A DNA stretch of 64,000 nucleotides. Origin: Mobula hypostoma (taxonomy: Eukaryota). The stretch spans positions 18,042,001-18,106,000 of the forward strand of contig NC_086123.1 of assembly GCF_963921235.1 (NCBI RefSeq), read 5' to 3'. Below the pieces are notes generated by a model. The model saw only the letters and a list, made by a program, of their open reading frames with translations, made no database searches and had not been told where the DNA came from. The position numbers were made by a program, and so were the translations under genes. This document shows, piece after piece, positions 50,185 to 61,010 of the stretch (position 1 is the first letter of the stretch; every line of letters starts with the position of its first letter).

Positions 50185-51231
50185 TCATATATTCCCTGTC
50201 GACTCCGTTTGAACGTGATCAATGGTGTTGCAGACTGAATATCTTTGAGGTTCAACAGCTTGCTGGATTTCTTGCTTTGGATGCAATGAATGCTTTGTTC
50301 CTGATCTGAATAATCTGATATTATGAGAAATAAGAGCTTTCTTCAAGGCTTCTTTAAATGTTGAACTTAAGAAGTAGTAAATAACAAGGTCCAGTACACT
50401 GTTCAAATAGGTTATGCACAGTGTATTGTAGAATATCTGAACACAGACGTCAAATAACTCAGCGTCTTTTGAATTGCTTGAAATTAAAACGGCGATTACA
50501 GCGATATTGCTGGGTAGGAAGCAGATGAGAAACACTACCGCCACGGCAATCACAAGCCTCATAGCTCGTTGATATTTAACCCTCATTTCAGATTTCATCT
50601 GCTTTAGCCTCCAGATAATACAGCACGTGGAGAACAGGATCACTGAAGCCGGTAAAATAAACTTGAAAACAATAAATATAATAGTAGTCCAAAATGCTGT
50701 GGGGCTTAGAGGCTGAGTTATGTTAAATGGCTCACAGTGAGTTCCATTGTGATGTGTGAAGGTATCAGGTTCTACCAGAAAGTGCAAACAAATCAACATT
50801 GTTAGAAACCAGAGAATGAGTGATACCTTCACTGCAGTCCTTCTAGAGATCTTGTTCACTTTATGGTGAGGGTGGATCACTTTGAAATAGCGATCAAGTG
50901 CCATAACTGTAAGGAAAACAACGCTCTCTGTCCGGTTCAGAAACATCAGGAATATCTTCAGACGGCACGTAACGTCGCCAAATATCCAGTTCTTCCCACG
51001 TACATAGTAATCGGCTCGAAATGGCAGACAGCAGATCAGCAGAGTGTCGGCAATCGCCAGGCACAGTGAGTAGACGGTGTTTGGTCTCCAGGACTTAACA
51101 TGAAAACAGAAGATCCACAAAGCAATCATATTTCCAATTAATCCAAAGATAAATGTTAAAATAAGTATCGGTGTATTGTAGGCTGTATAAATGTCCTTCA
51201 CCAAAGGGCATACATGAGTCTCATTATCCAT
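50185..51231 (-). CDS. HCAR/OXER1-like class A GPCR, copy 3, 348 aa; DPxxY changed to DLxxY and ECL3 Cys changed to Ala
   Basis: Intact frame; ATG of MDNETHVC at 51231; NSVLDLVIY and SKDAELF. Confidence 0.9.
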   Translation of the reverse strand: MDNETHVCPLVKDIYTAYNTPILILTFIFGLIGNMIALWIFCFHVKSWRPNTVYSLCLAIADTLLICCLPFRADYYVRGKNWIFGDVTCRLKIFLMFLNRTESVVFLTVMALDRYFKVIHPHHKVNKISRRTAVKVSLILWFLTMLICLHFLVEPDTFTHHNGTHCEPFNITQPLSPTAFWTTIIFIVFKFILPASVILFSTCCIIWRLKQMKSEMRVKYQRAMRLVIAVAVVFLICFLPSNIAVIAVLISSNSKDAELFDVCVQIFYNTLCITYLNSVLDLVIYYFLSSTFKEALKKALISHNIRLFRSGTKHSLHPKQEIQQAVEPQRYSVCNTIDHVQTESTGNI

Positions 51232-51688
51232 CGTGGAGAGAGTTGCAAATGTTGCAAGAGGTGTGGGAGAAAGCAAAAGGACACAGTCTATTAAAGAGAA
51301 TTTCCACTATTTGTCATAGTTTATGGGTGTTTCTAAAACAAAGCCAGAATATTCACGAGATTTTTTTTTATCTGGTTAGTGGTTATTTGTGCTGATTGCG
51401 AACAGGAATCAAGAGCTCCATACTGAACTCGTCCATTTGCAAAATGAATTCCTACAAATTCTGCACATTGTACAGAATTTCGGAGTTATCATAATGGAAG
51501 TGAGGCAAGTTGAGTGTTGCAGCAGCAGCCTAGAAGGTAAATTGCTCAGATGGTTTTTAGGACTTTACAAATAAGCCTGAAATGACATCTGCAGTTTGCC
51601 TCTCCACAAAGGACAAGCAGGAAGTAACAATGCTTCTAGGGGAACGGTTAAACAATAAACAAGAGCAGCAAGTGTAGGTTATGTAGCC

Positions 51689-52509
51689 TGAGACAAGAAT
51701 ACACATAGATAAGATGTGTGACAGGTCTGCCACCTGTCTTCAAGAGAGAGATAAGGAACAATGAAGCAGCATTTGGAGATGTGTAATGAAGGGACGGGAG
51801 AGAGAGCTGTCTGGAGCGGCTCCCCCTTTGAACCCTGAACTGTTTGAAGTGATGGACAGGCGATGCCCCAGCAGGGGGATAAAAAGGGACAGGTTCGCTA
51901 AGGCAGGACACACACGACACCCGAGGTAACGAGACCCTGGAAGTGGTGCGCCTCTCACGAGTCGGTGGAAAGTATCGGACGTTAAACTCACAGGGTGGAA
52001 AGGTACGATCAGCGGGAACCCGGTGTGTGTCCGCCCTTGCTTGGGTGCTGGGTTCACTGCAGAGGATTGACCGCATCTGGAGGAGGGGTCACAGTCAGTA
52101 ACCTCAGGTGACATCACAAAGGACTCGCCCGGAAGCTGCTTGTGAGCAATATCGCCGGTCTGTGAGTGGAAGCCGTTTTTGAATGATCAGTCGTTCTCGC
52201 TCTCTCTCCCCCCACGTTGTCCATCGCCATGGCAACGATTACTGCGAACAGAACTACTAAATTGGACTGAACTTTGTGTCACTTTGAAATTGGTCATTTA
52301 CCCCTAGACAACGATAGAGCTTGATTGATGCTGTTATTTTAATTCTGTGCACATGTGTGTTTATCATTGCTGAACTGTTGCATTTATTATCCTTTCGATT
52401 ACTGTGTTGCTTGTTTCTTTAATAAAACTTTCTTAGTTCTAGTAATCCAGACTCCAACTGAGTGATCCATTTCTGCTGGTTTGGCAACCCAGTTACGGGG
52501 TACGTAACA
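51689..52509 (+). mobile_element. Solo LTR upstream of GPCR copy 3
   Basis: TG...CA ends, 4-bp TSD AGCC; empty site GGTTATGTAGCCCAAT at ~42381-42396; AATAAA at 52421. Confidence 0.9.
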
Positions 52510-53481
52510 AGCCCAATATGCCTCAATACGCACTGAAAAACAGTCTGTCAGGAATTCAATGAAATCCTGTCAAGACCATGTGAGCTCTTATATTTTTAGT
52601 CTATTCACCTCTTCTAAATTCCAGCAGATACATTCCATGTCTTCCAAAATTTCCTTATAAGATAATCACCAAATATGAGGTTTTAGTCTAATATACTTTC
52701 TTGGAAACACTTCCAACTCTTCCAAAGAAGAAGATTGGCATTGTACTCCACCCTCCAGATATGATCTCAACAGCTGCCCATATCAATGAAGCATGATCTC
52801 CCAACATTTGTGTTCAATTTCCTTGGCAAAAAAAGAGTGACATTGTGATATTTCCCTGATTACTTCTGTACATTTGTTTACGCCCTTAGTAAATCTGCAA
52901 AATCTGCCAACAACTTTAATGGGCTCACTCTTTTCTTGGTCCACAGAGAGAGGACTATTTGAAGGCAAGACTTCATTATTATCTCCAAGCTCAAGTTTAC
53001 CATGATTCCCACCTGCCTGTTTTTCTTGCAGACAAGTACAGGAGGCACTTTAAAGTACTGAAGAAGTAGCATCAATGTGATTTTCATAAAATCCTCCGAA
53101 TCCTGCACAGAATACTTTCGGTAAACCAAAGCGTTCTCCCCGGTGTCCTCGCCTGGAAAACTTTACCAGCAATGAAGCTGTCATCACATTTAGACTTCAC
53201 CGGTGAGTCGGCTATATCCGATCCATGCCAGGCTCCTAAAATAGGCAACATTATTCTAAATAATTGAGGTTTCATAAAAAAAATTCAACGACCTTCTCAA
53301 ACTCTACTTGAAAAAGTATAGATCCTCCTTCAATGCATGTGAATCCTTGGCCCATCACTGTTCAAAATGGATAGGGGCTTCTCAGGGGTACTGAGGATAA
53401 GTGTATGACCAAAGTATGTGGTGACCAAGCATAAACAGTGAAAATAACACAGAGCATTCTAAACAACTCACCATTCAACAC

Positions 53482-53619
53482 AAACAACAGGAATTCTGCA
53501 GATGCTGGAAATTCAAGCAACATACATCAAAGTTGCTGGTGAACGCAGCAGGCCAGGCAGCATCTATAGGAAGAGGCGCAGTCGACGTTTCAGGCCGAGA
53601 CCCTTCGTCAGGACTTCAT
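53482..53619 (-). mobile_element. 138-bp Penelope pseudo-LTR insertion with intact minimal hammerhead motif
   Basis: 11-bp direct repeat CCATTCAACAC (53471-53481 / 53620-53630); minus strand AGTCCTGACGAAGGGTCTCGGCCTGAAACGTCGACT; absent from the paralogous site near 43640. Confidence 0.85.
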
Positions 53620-54405
53620 CCATTCAACACCTGCTTTTTTTGTCCGTGGGAAAGTTTGCATTTCCCATAGTGGGGCTCTTCAACTATCCCGGAACCCAAT
53701 TAAGTGGAACAGAAATGAGTCATCCTCAACTCAAAGAGGAAAACTAATTAAAAAAGTAGAGAAATATCAGTAAAAATCTGCAATATTAACCTGTAGATAT
53801 GCCTTGTTTGTGCCTTTTTATCAATATTCCAAAATAAATGTAAAGTATTTTAATATCTAAACACTCGGCTAATATTACTGTGCTATCCAGAACCGCAGCA
53901 TGGAATTTCTTTTATTTAATCGTTTTATCCCACCCCTTTACCCAAAACATTGTTTATTTCTGGCCCTTCCTCAGCTGCTTGTGTGTAAGGATGATGTGCT
54001 CCAAAGCTTTGATTTGATGAAAAACTTCTGTGTTTGGCTTGAATGGATAACCCTGCAAAAGTTAATGGATACGAGCCAGCCCATCGCAGGTAAAACCCTC
54101 CCCTCCATTGAGCACATCTACATGGAAAATTGTCTCAGGAAATCAGCATCCATCATTAGGGAACGCCAACCACCCAGGACATGCTCTTTTCTCACTGCTG
54201 CCATCAGAAAGAGGGTACAGAAGCCTCAAAACTCACCCCAGCAGGTCAACTCTCGTACCCTGTGACAGCAATGGAATGATCCTCCATTATCATGCCCAGA
54301 GTCCAGGAGGTTATCATAATGGTTTCATTCTCTGCCCCTGAATATTCTCTAATACCTTTTTAATTTTATTTTATTTAGGGATACAGTACGGTAACAGGCC
54401 CTTCC

Positions 54406-54843
54406 TGTTGCAATGGGCAGCTGGAGGAACCAAACCCAAGTGCAGGACACAGGCATGGAGACTAGACACAGAGGTGGACTTGGACTTGAGTTGAACCCGG
54501 AGCCAGGACTTAGACTAGACTTGGACACAGAGCCTGGACTTGGACTTGACTGGAACACAGAGCCTGGACTTGGACTGGGACACGAAGAGACAGAATTCTC
54601 AACTCAGAGTAGCGGCAAATGGCCAGACCTACATAGCTGGAAACGAGACGACTAAACCAAACAATAACAGACAATACGTATCTTGACATGGAGAAGCTCA
54701 TGAAGCGGCAAACAGCCAGCAATCACTTGACTGGGACTCGGAGCCTTCAAAACAAAACAATGACAGATCACTCACATCCCAGCTCGGAGCAGCGGCAAAA
54801 CGTCCAGCAACACTCAGCTGGACATGAGATGACAAAAACACAC
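54406..54843. mobile_element. Solo LTR copy 3, interrupted by the Gmr1-like Gypsy
   Basis: Same CTTCC|TGTT left junction and 30-bp repeats as 33430. Confidence 0.8.
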
Positions 54844-57800
54844 TGACACATGACCGGCAACAAGGAATATAGAATTGAGTCAGGTTTTATAAAAACAAAC
54901 AAACATTTATTAAACTTTGCTTAAAATAGCGAAATGTATTTAAACTACTAACTTAACCAGAAGTTAAATGCTATACGGCAACTCGGGAACAGTTCTTAAA
55001 AGGGTAAATGCGAAAACAGTTCATTAAAGTGGTAAATTCGAACACAGTTCTTCGAATGGTAAATTCGAAAGTGCAAGAGATTTACAGTCAATTATGAAAG
55101 ATTTTCCTGAAGTAAAGAATTCCTCGAAGATGTGTTGTTACTGCTGATCCCAGCAGGAAGCTGCCTTGTCTGCAGGATTCATGACAATGGAAATAAAATG
55201 TTTTAAAGGTACTGACATTTTCCTCCAGAGAATCGACACTACGCTACTTTAGCAGGGGATTTCTCAGTTGCAGGTCACTTTTTCTTGAACAAAGATTCAA
55301 TAAAGGTTGATCCTCTCCAAAACCGCCAAAAGATATCAGCTTTACTCGACTCAGTGAATTCCTGTACTTTGGTGAGGTCTTCACTCTCCAATACTACTGA
55401 CAATAGAAAGTAGAACTCCACTTTAAAACAAAACTGCGTCATAAGCCGAATACACAGCAAAGTGGAGTATTTAACACAAAACTAACTGAAAACTAACTGT
55501 GTCACATCAGGAGTCTCTATTATATACTTGTTGAGAACAGGTTATTATGTGACCTCACTGGCGGGAAAATTACATCATCTGACCTCCGCAAGACCATTAC
55601 ATCATCCTGATAAGACAGTCACAAGATATCCATGAAGTATGTAACACCTCCCTCCAAAAAAAATGTTTGGACTTTTAAGAGCAAAATTTTAACAATTAAC
55701 TAATTACAAAAATAACCAAATGTACAAAATTTACAACATACACAGTATTATCATACGGCATTCTGGAAACTAATATACAGGAGTGTTACAAGTGTTAAAA
55801 TACCACTCCACAAAAAAATTTACATTGTGCATTTAACATCTGGATAGACAATCAGCGATCACACATTATCTTTACCTTTAATATGAGTTATCAAAATATT
55901 ATACTCCTGTAACATCAAATTTTGTTGCTAAATTGGAGTTTGATTTATTTCCTTAACCATTTTCTCCGGACCTACAACATAACCAAGGTGAGTCACAGTG
56001 GCATGACCAAATTCACTTTTAGCAAAGTTAATAGTTAAGTTAGCTTTTGAAAGTCTTTCAAATTGTTTCTCCACTGCAGTAATATGTGTTTTCCAAGTAT
56101 TATTTCCTGTAACTAAATCATCAATATAGGCATCTGTATCTGTTAACCCATGAATCACACTATTAATCATTCATTGGAAAGTACCTGGTGCATTCTTCAT
56201 CCCAAATGGAAGAACATTATTTTCATATAACCCAGATGGGATTACAAATGCAGAAATCTCTCTACCTCTATCTGTCAATGAAACACACCAATACACTTTT
56301 AACAAATCAATCTTTGTAAGGAACTTTACTTGTCCAACTTTATCCACACAATCATCTACCCTAGAGATTGGATATGCATCAGTTTTTGTCACAGCATTCA
56401 CTTTCCTGTAATCTGTACAAAACCGAATACTATTGTCTGGCTTAGGCACCATAATGCACAGTGAACTCCAATACGAATTAGAAGGTCGAATAATATTATT
56501 CTCGAACGTATACTTAATTTCTTGTTCAGCAAGTTCACATTTTTCCCTATTCATCCAATACGGATGTTGTTTTATGGGTTTTGCATCTCCAACATCTACA
56601 TCATGTGAAGCTACAGTGGTTCTTCTATGAACATCCGGAAATAAATCCCTAAATTTAAAATTTAACTGTTTTATCTGCTCACTCTGCTCTAGCTGTAAAT
56701 GAGCTAATTTCTCATCAATATTTTCCAGAATTGTTGAATTTGGTAACCTGGCAGAAATAATGTTGGATTTAAAATGAGTTTCAGATGAATCATCCATTAA
56801 GTTTTTAGAAAGATCAGATTTATTATTGACCACAACAGTCATAGTAGCAGCTTCTCTCTCATAATACTGTTCTATCATATTTATATGACACAGCTGTGTT
56901 AGCTTTCTTTGATCTGGGGTTTTTATCACGTAATCCACATCATTTACTTCAGATTCAATCTCATAAGGACCATGAAATTTAGCTTGTAATAGGTTCATTT
57001 GCACTGGGAAAATAACCAACACATTGTCTCCAGGCTTAAGTGACCTCATTCTAACTTCCTTATCATACCAAGTTTTCATCTTCTCCTGAGCCAATTTAAA
57101 ATTTTACTTGGCCAAGCTACAAGATTCCTGTACTGCCTCTCGTACAATTTACATCGGTGGTGAGCAAGTGGAAAAAGTCAAAAACTTTAAGTTCCTGGGA
57201 GTCAATATCACAAATTACCTGACTTGGTCCAACCAAGCAGAGTCCACTGCCAAGAAGGCCCACCAACACCTTTACTTCCTGAGGAAACTAAAGAAATTTG
57301 GCCTGTCCCCTAAAACCCTCACTAATTTTTACAGATGCACCGTAGAAAGTATTCTTCTAGGGTGCATCACAACCTGGTATGGAAGTTGTCCTGTGCAAGA
57401 CCGGAAGGAGCTGCAGAAGATTGTGAACACAGCGAAACATATCACACAAACCAATCTTCCGTCCTGGACTCACTTTAAACGGGACGCTGTAGGAGCAGTG
57501 CTGCCAGGATAAGCAAGGACATGACCCACCCAGCCAACACACTTTTCGTCCCTCTTCCCTCCAAAAGAAGGCTCAGGAGCTTGAAGACTCATACAGCCAG
57601 ATTTGGGAACAGCTTCTTTCCAACTGTGATAAGACTACTGAACGGATCCTGACCTGGATCTGGGCCATATCCTCCAAATATCCGGACCTGCTTCTCGTTT
57701 TTTTTGCACTACCTTACTTTCCATTTTTCTATTTTCTATTTCTGATTTATAATTTAAATTTTTAATATTTACTATCGATTTGTAATCCAGGGAGCGGGAA

Positions 57801-60800
57801 GTGCAGAATCAGATATCGCTAAGATGATTGTATGTTCTAGTATCAATTGTTTGGTGACACTAAAGTATAAAGTACTGCAAAAAGTAGTAAATGTACGCCT
57901 TCATCCCAGTCCTTTTCATTTTCCACACAATGCATCCTAATCATAGATTTGAGGGCAGAATGGAATCTCTCCAAGGCTCCTTGTGATTCTGGATGGTATG
58001 CAGATGAGGTCATCTGTTTTGCTCCCAGTTTATAAACTATCTGCTGAAACAATCCAGACATAAAATTACTACCTTGATCCAATTGTATTTCCTTACGCAA
58101 CCCAAAATAAGTAAAGAATTTTATAAGAGCCTTTGTTACAGATTTGGCTGTTATAACCCAGACGCTGTGCACATAATGATCAGCAAATATTGATGTCCAG
58201 TGTTAGTTTTTGGCAATGGGCCTACACAATCTATAATAATTTTGGAAAACGGCTCACCAAATGCTGGAATTGGTTGCAGTGGAGCCACTGGAGTAACTTG
58301 ATTAGATTTACCCACAATTTGACAAGTATGACATGTCCTGCAAAATGTCGCCACATCTTTTCTCAAACTAGGCCAGTAAAAATGTTTGATAACCTTGTTC
58401 ATAGTTTTATTTACACCTAGATGGCCACCCAAAGGCATACTATGAGCCATAGTTACAATCTCATTTCAATAAACTTTAGGAACTACTACCTGGTGATTAA
58501 CTTCCCATTCCTCACTTGCAAGAATTGTAGGGGATCTCCACTTTCTGATTAACACTTCCTTTTCAAAATAATATCCTACTGGCACCTTCTCAATTTCACT
58601 ATCTGGAAGAACTTGTTCCTTTAATTTAACTGTCTCAGGATCTCTACCCTGCTCTGCTATCATCACCTTCCGAGATAAAGACAAATCTTAATGGTCAGAC
58701 TTACTACCAAAATCCTAATCAAATAATGAAGGTAATAGAGTTTCTGACACATCCTCAATATTCACATCCTGAGTTGAACAGTCATGGGTAACAACCTCAT
58801 CCTGTATATCAGTCTTTTTAGCCATAGCTTGGGTTACAACACAGGAAGAATCTGTGTTAGAATTCCGCTGTGGTTCCTCAGAATTAGGCTTTATTGTCAA
58901 ATGAACTTCAGGAAAAACTTGTCCACCTGCTAAGTCATTCCCTAACAAAAGAGAAACATCATTCATGGGTAAATGGGGTTGTAGTCCTACTTTAACAGGC
59001 CCTGTAACTAACCCTGACCTTAAATTTACTCTATGCAAATGTACCAGCATAAAGGCACTCCTAACTCCTCTTATATAGTTTACCTCATAACTAAACTTTA
59101 AAACACTGTCTAACATTAGTGATTGAGAAGCTCCAGTATCTCTAAGGATTCTTATTGGTACTGGATTAGATCCCTCTTGCAAAGATACAAATCCTTCGGT
59201 TATAAAATGTTCATATCCCCTCTTGACTTGGTCAGACTCTGACAAATTTTCAGTGGTATTTATCAAACTCTGTGGATTTACAGCTGTTTCAATATGCTGC
59301 ACACAAGCATCTGGGACTACTTCCTTCTCTTTCTTTTTCAATCGAAAACAGTTAGCTATCACATGTCCAGGTTTCTTACAATAATTACAAACAGGACCAA
59401 AATGTCTTTCCTTCACATGTTCACATGTCTCCCTTCATCCTTACCCTTCTCACTAACTTCAGATGTAATTTCTGGTTTACCTTGACTCTCTGTGCTATTT
59501 TTCCTTTTAAAAGTCCTACCTGGAGAAAATTTATTCTTATGAATTAAAGCATACTCATCAGCTAATTTAGCAGACTCCTGCAATGTAGCAGTGTCCCTTT
59601 CATTTAAGTATGTCCTCACTTCAACAGGAATGCTCCTTTTAAATTCCTCCAGTAAAATCAACTCTTTTAATTTATTGTACTCCCCATTCACATTTTTAGA
59701 GGAAACTCATCTCTCAAAACACACAGATTACTCATAGGCAAATTCCATGTAAGTTTTTTCCACAGATTTCTTCAAATTTCTGAATCTTTCTCTATAAGCT
59801 TCCGGAACCAGTTCATATGCTTTCAATATATGCTGTTTCACAATATCATAATCAAGTGCTTGCTCAGCATTTAAAGCTGTATAAACTTGTTGTGCCTTGC
59901 CTTTAATTACACTTTATAACATCACTGACCATCTCTCTTTCGGCCACTCTAAACTCAGAGCAACAATTTCAAAATGTTGGAAATATTTGTCCACTTCTGC
60001 TTCATTAACTAGCAACAAACTGTTTCCTGGAACCAGAGGACTGATTTTCCATCCTGAATTTCTCCATTGCTAGCTCAAACTCCTTCTTTTTATTTGCCTC
60101 TCTTTCAGCCACTTCCACTTTAAATCGTTCAATCTTTATCTGTTCAAGATGTAACAGCATTTCCAGTGTACTCATTGCAAACCTCCCTAACACCTCATCA
60201 TCAAACTTTCCCAAACTTATATAATGCTCTGCAATTTTGCTCTGAATTACGGGATTTGTTGTAACCTTCGTAATTCCTTTAAGATCCAACCTACTAGCAA
60301 TCTCCGATACAACAGTTTTTTCACCTTCACTAATTCTTCCGGGTCAGGCGAATTCATAAAGTCGTCGATATTCATTGCAGCGGAATACCACCCACAGACC
60401 AATCAAACAAAAGTATTGGGTAGTTCCCTTTTCCAAATCAGGTTGATAAATAAACATGCACTTAAGCTCAAAATCGGAACAAATCCCAGATGAGCCCCCA
60501 AATTATGTCATGTGACCGGCAACAAGGAATATAGAATTGAGTCAGGTTTTATAAAAACAAACAAACATTTATTAAACTTTGCTCAAAATAGCGAAATGTA
60601 TTTAAACGACTAACTTAACCGGAAGTTAACTGCCATACGACAACTCTGGGAAAGTTCTTAAAAGGGTGAATGTGAAAACAGTTATTAAAGTGGTAAATTC
60701 GAACACAGTTCTTAGAATGGTAAATTCAGAAGTCCAAGAGATTTACAGTCAATTATGGGAGACTTTCCTGAAGTAAAGAATTCCTCGAAGACTTGTCGTT

Positions 60801-61010
60801 ACTGCTGATCCCAGCCGGAAGCTGCCTTGTCTGCAGGATTCACGACAATGGAAATAAAATGTTTTAAAGGAACTGACCTTTTCCTCTGGAGGATCGACAC
60901 TGCACTACTTTAAGTAGGGGATATCTCAGTTGCAGGTCACTTTTTCTTGAACGAAGATTCAATAAAGGTCGATCCTTTCCAAAACCGCCAAATGATATCA
61001 GCTTTACTCG
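54844..61010 (-). mobile_element. Gmr1-like Gypsy LTR retrotransposon (gag-PR-IN-RT-RH order), decayed
   Basis: LTRs 54844-55646 and 60506-~61010 (cut by CR1); tRNA-Pro-like PBS TGGGGGCTCATCTGGGAT at ~60483-60500; PPT GGAGGGAGG at 55647-55655; LILLEEFK, CNYCKKPGHVIANC, ILRDTGASQS, H2C2 and DQGSNF/YHPESQGALER integrase, GPY, then RT (FCTDYRKVN, PFGMKNAPGTFQ, YIDD). Confidence 0.92.
57146..57871 (+). mobile_element. Rex1/Babar LINE 3' fragment inserted in the Gypsy integrase
   Basis: VEKVKNFKFLGVNIT...LYFLRKLKKFGLSPKTLTNFYRCTVESIL; (TAAAGTA)n tail; GTAC on both sides; splits Gypsy LLFAV|REAVQES. Confidence 0.88.

Larger units (their letters stand above)
28400..54843. repeat. Segmental tandem duplication array: three gene-bearing and two gene-less units
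   Basis: ~32560-40650 matches ~44200-51575 (offset ~11-11.6 kb); 28400-31790 matches 38140-41520; 42276-45450 matches 51574-54843; shared TE insertions. Confidence 0.9.
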
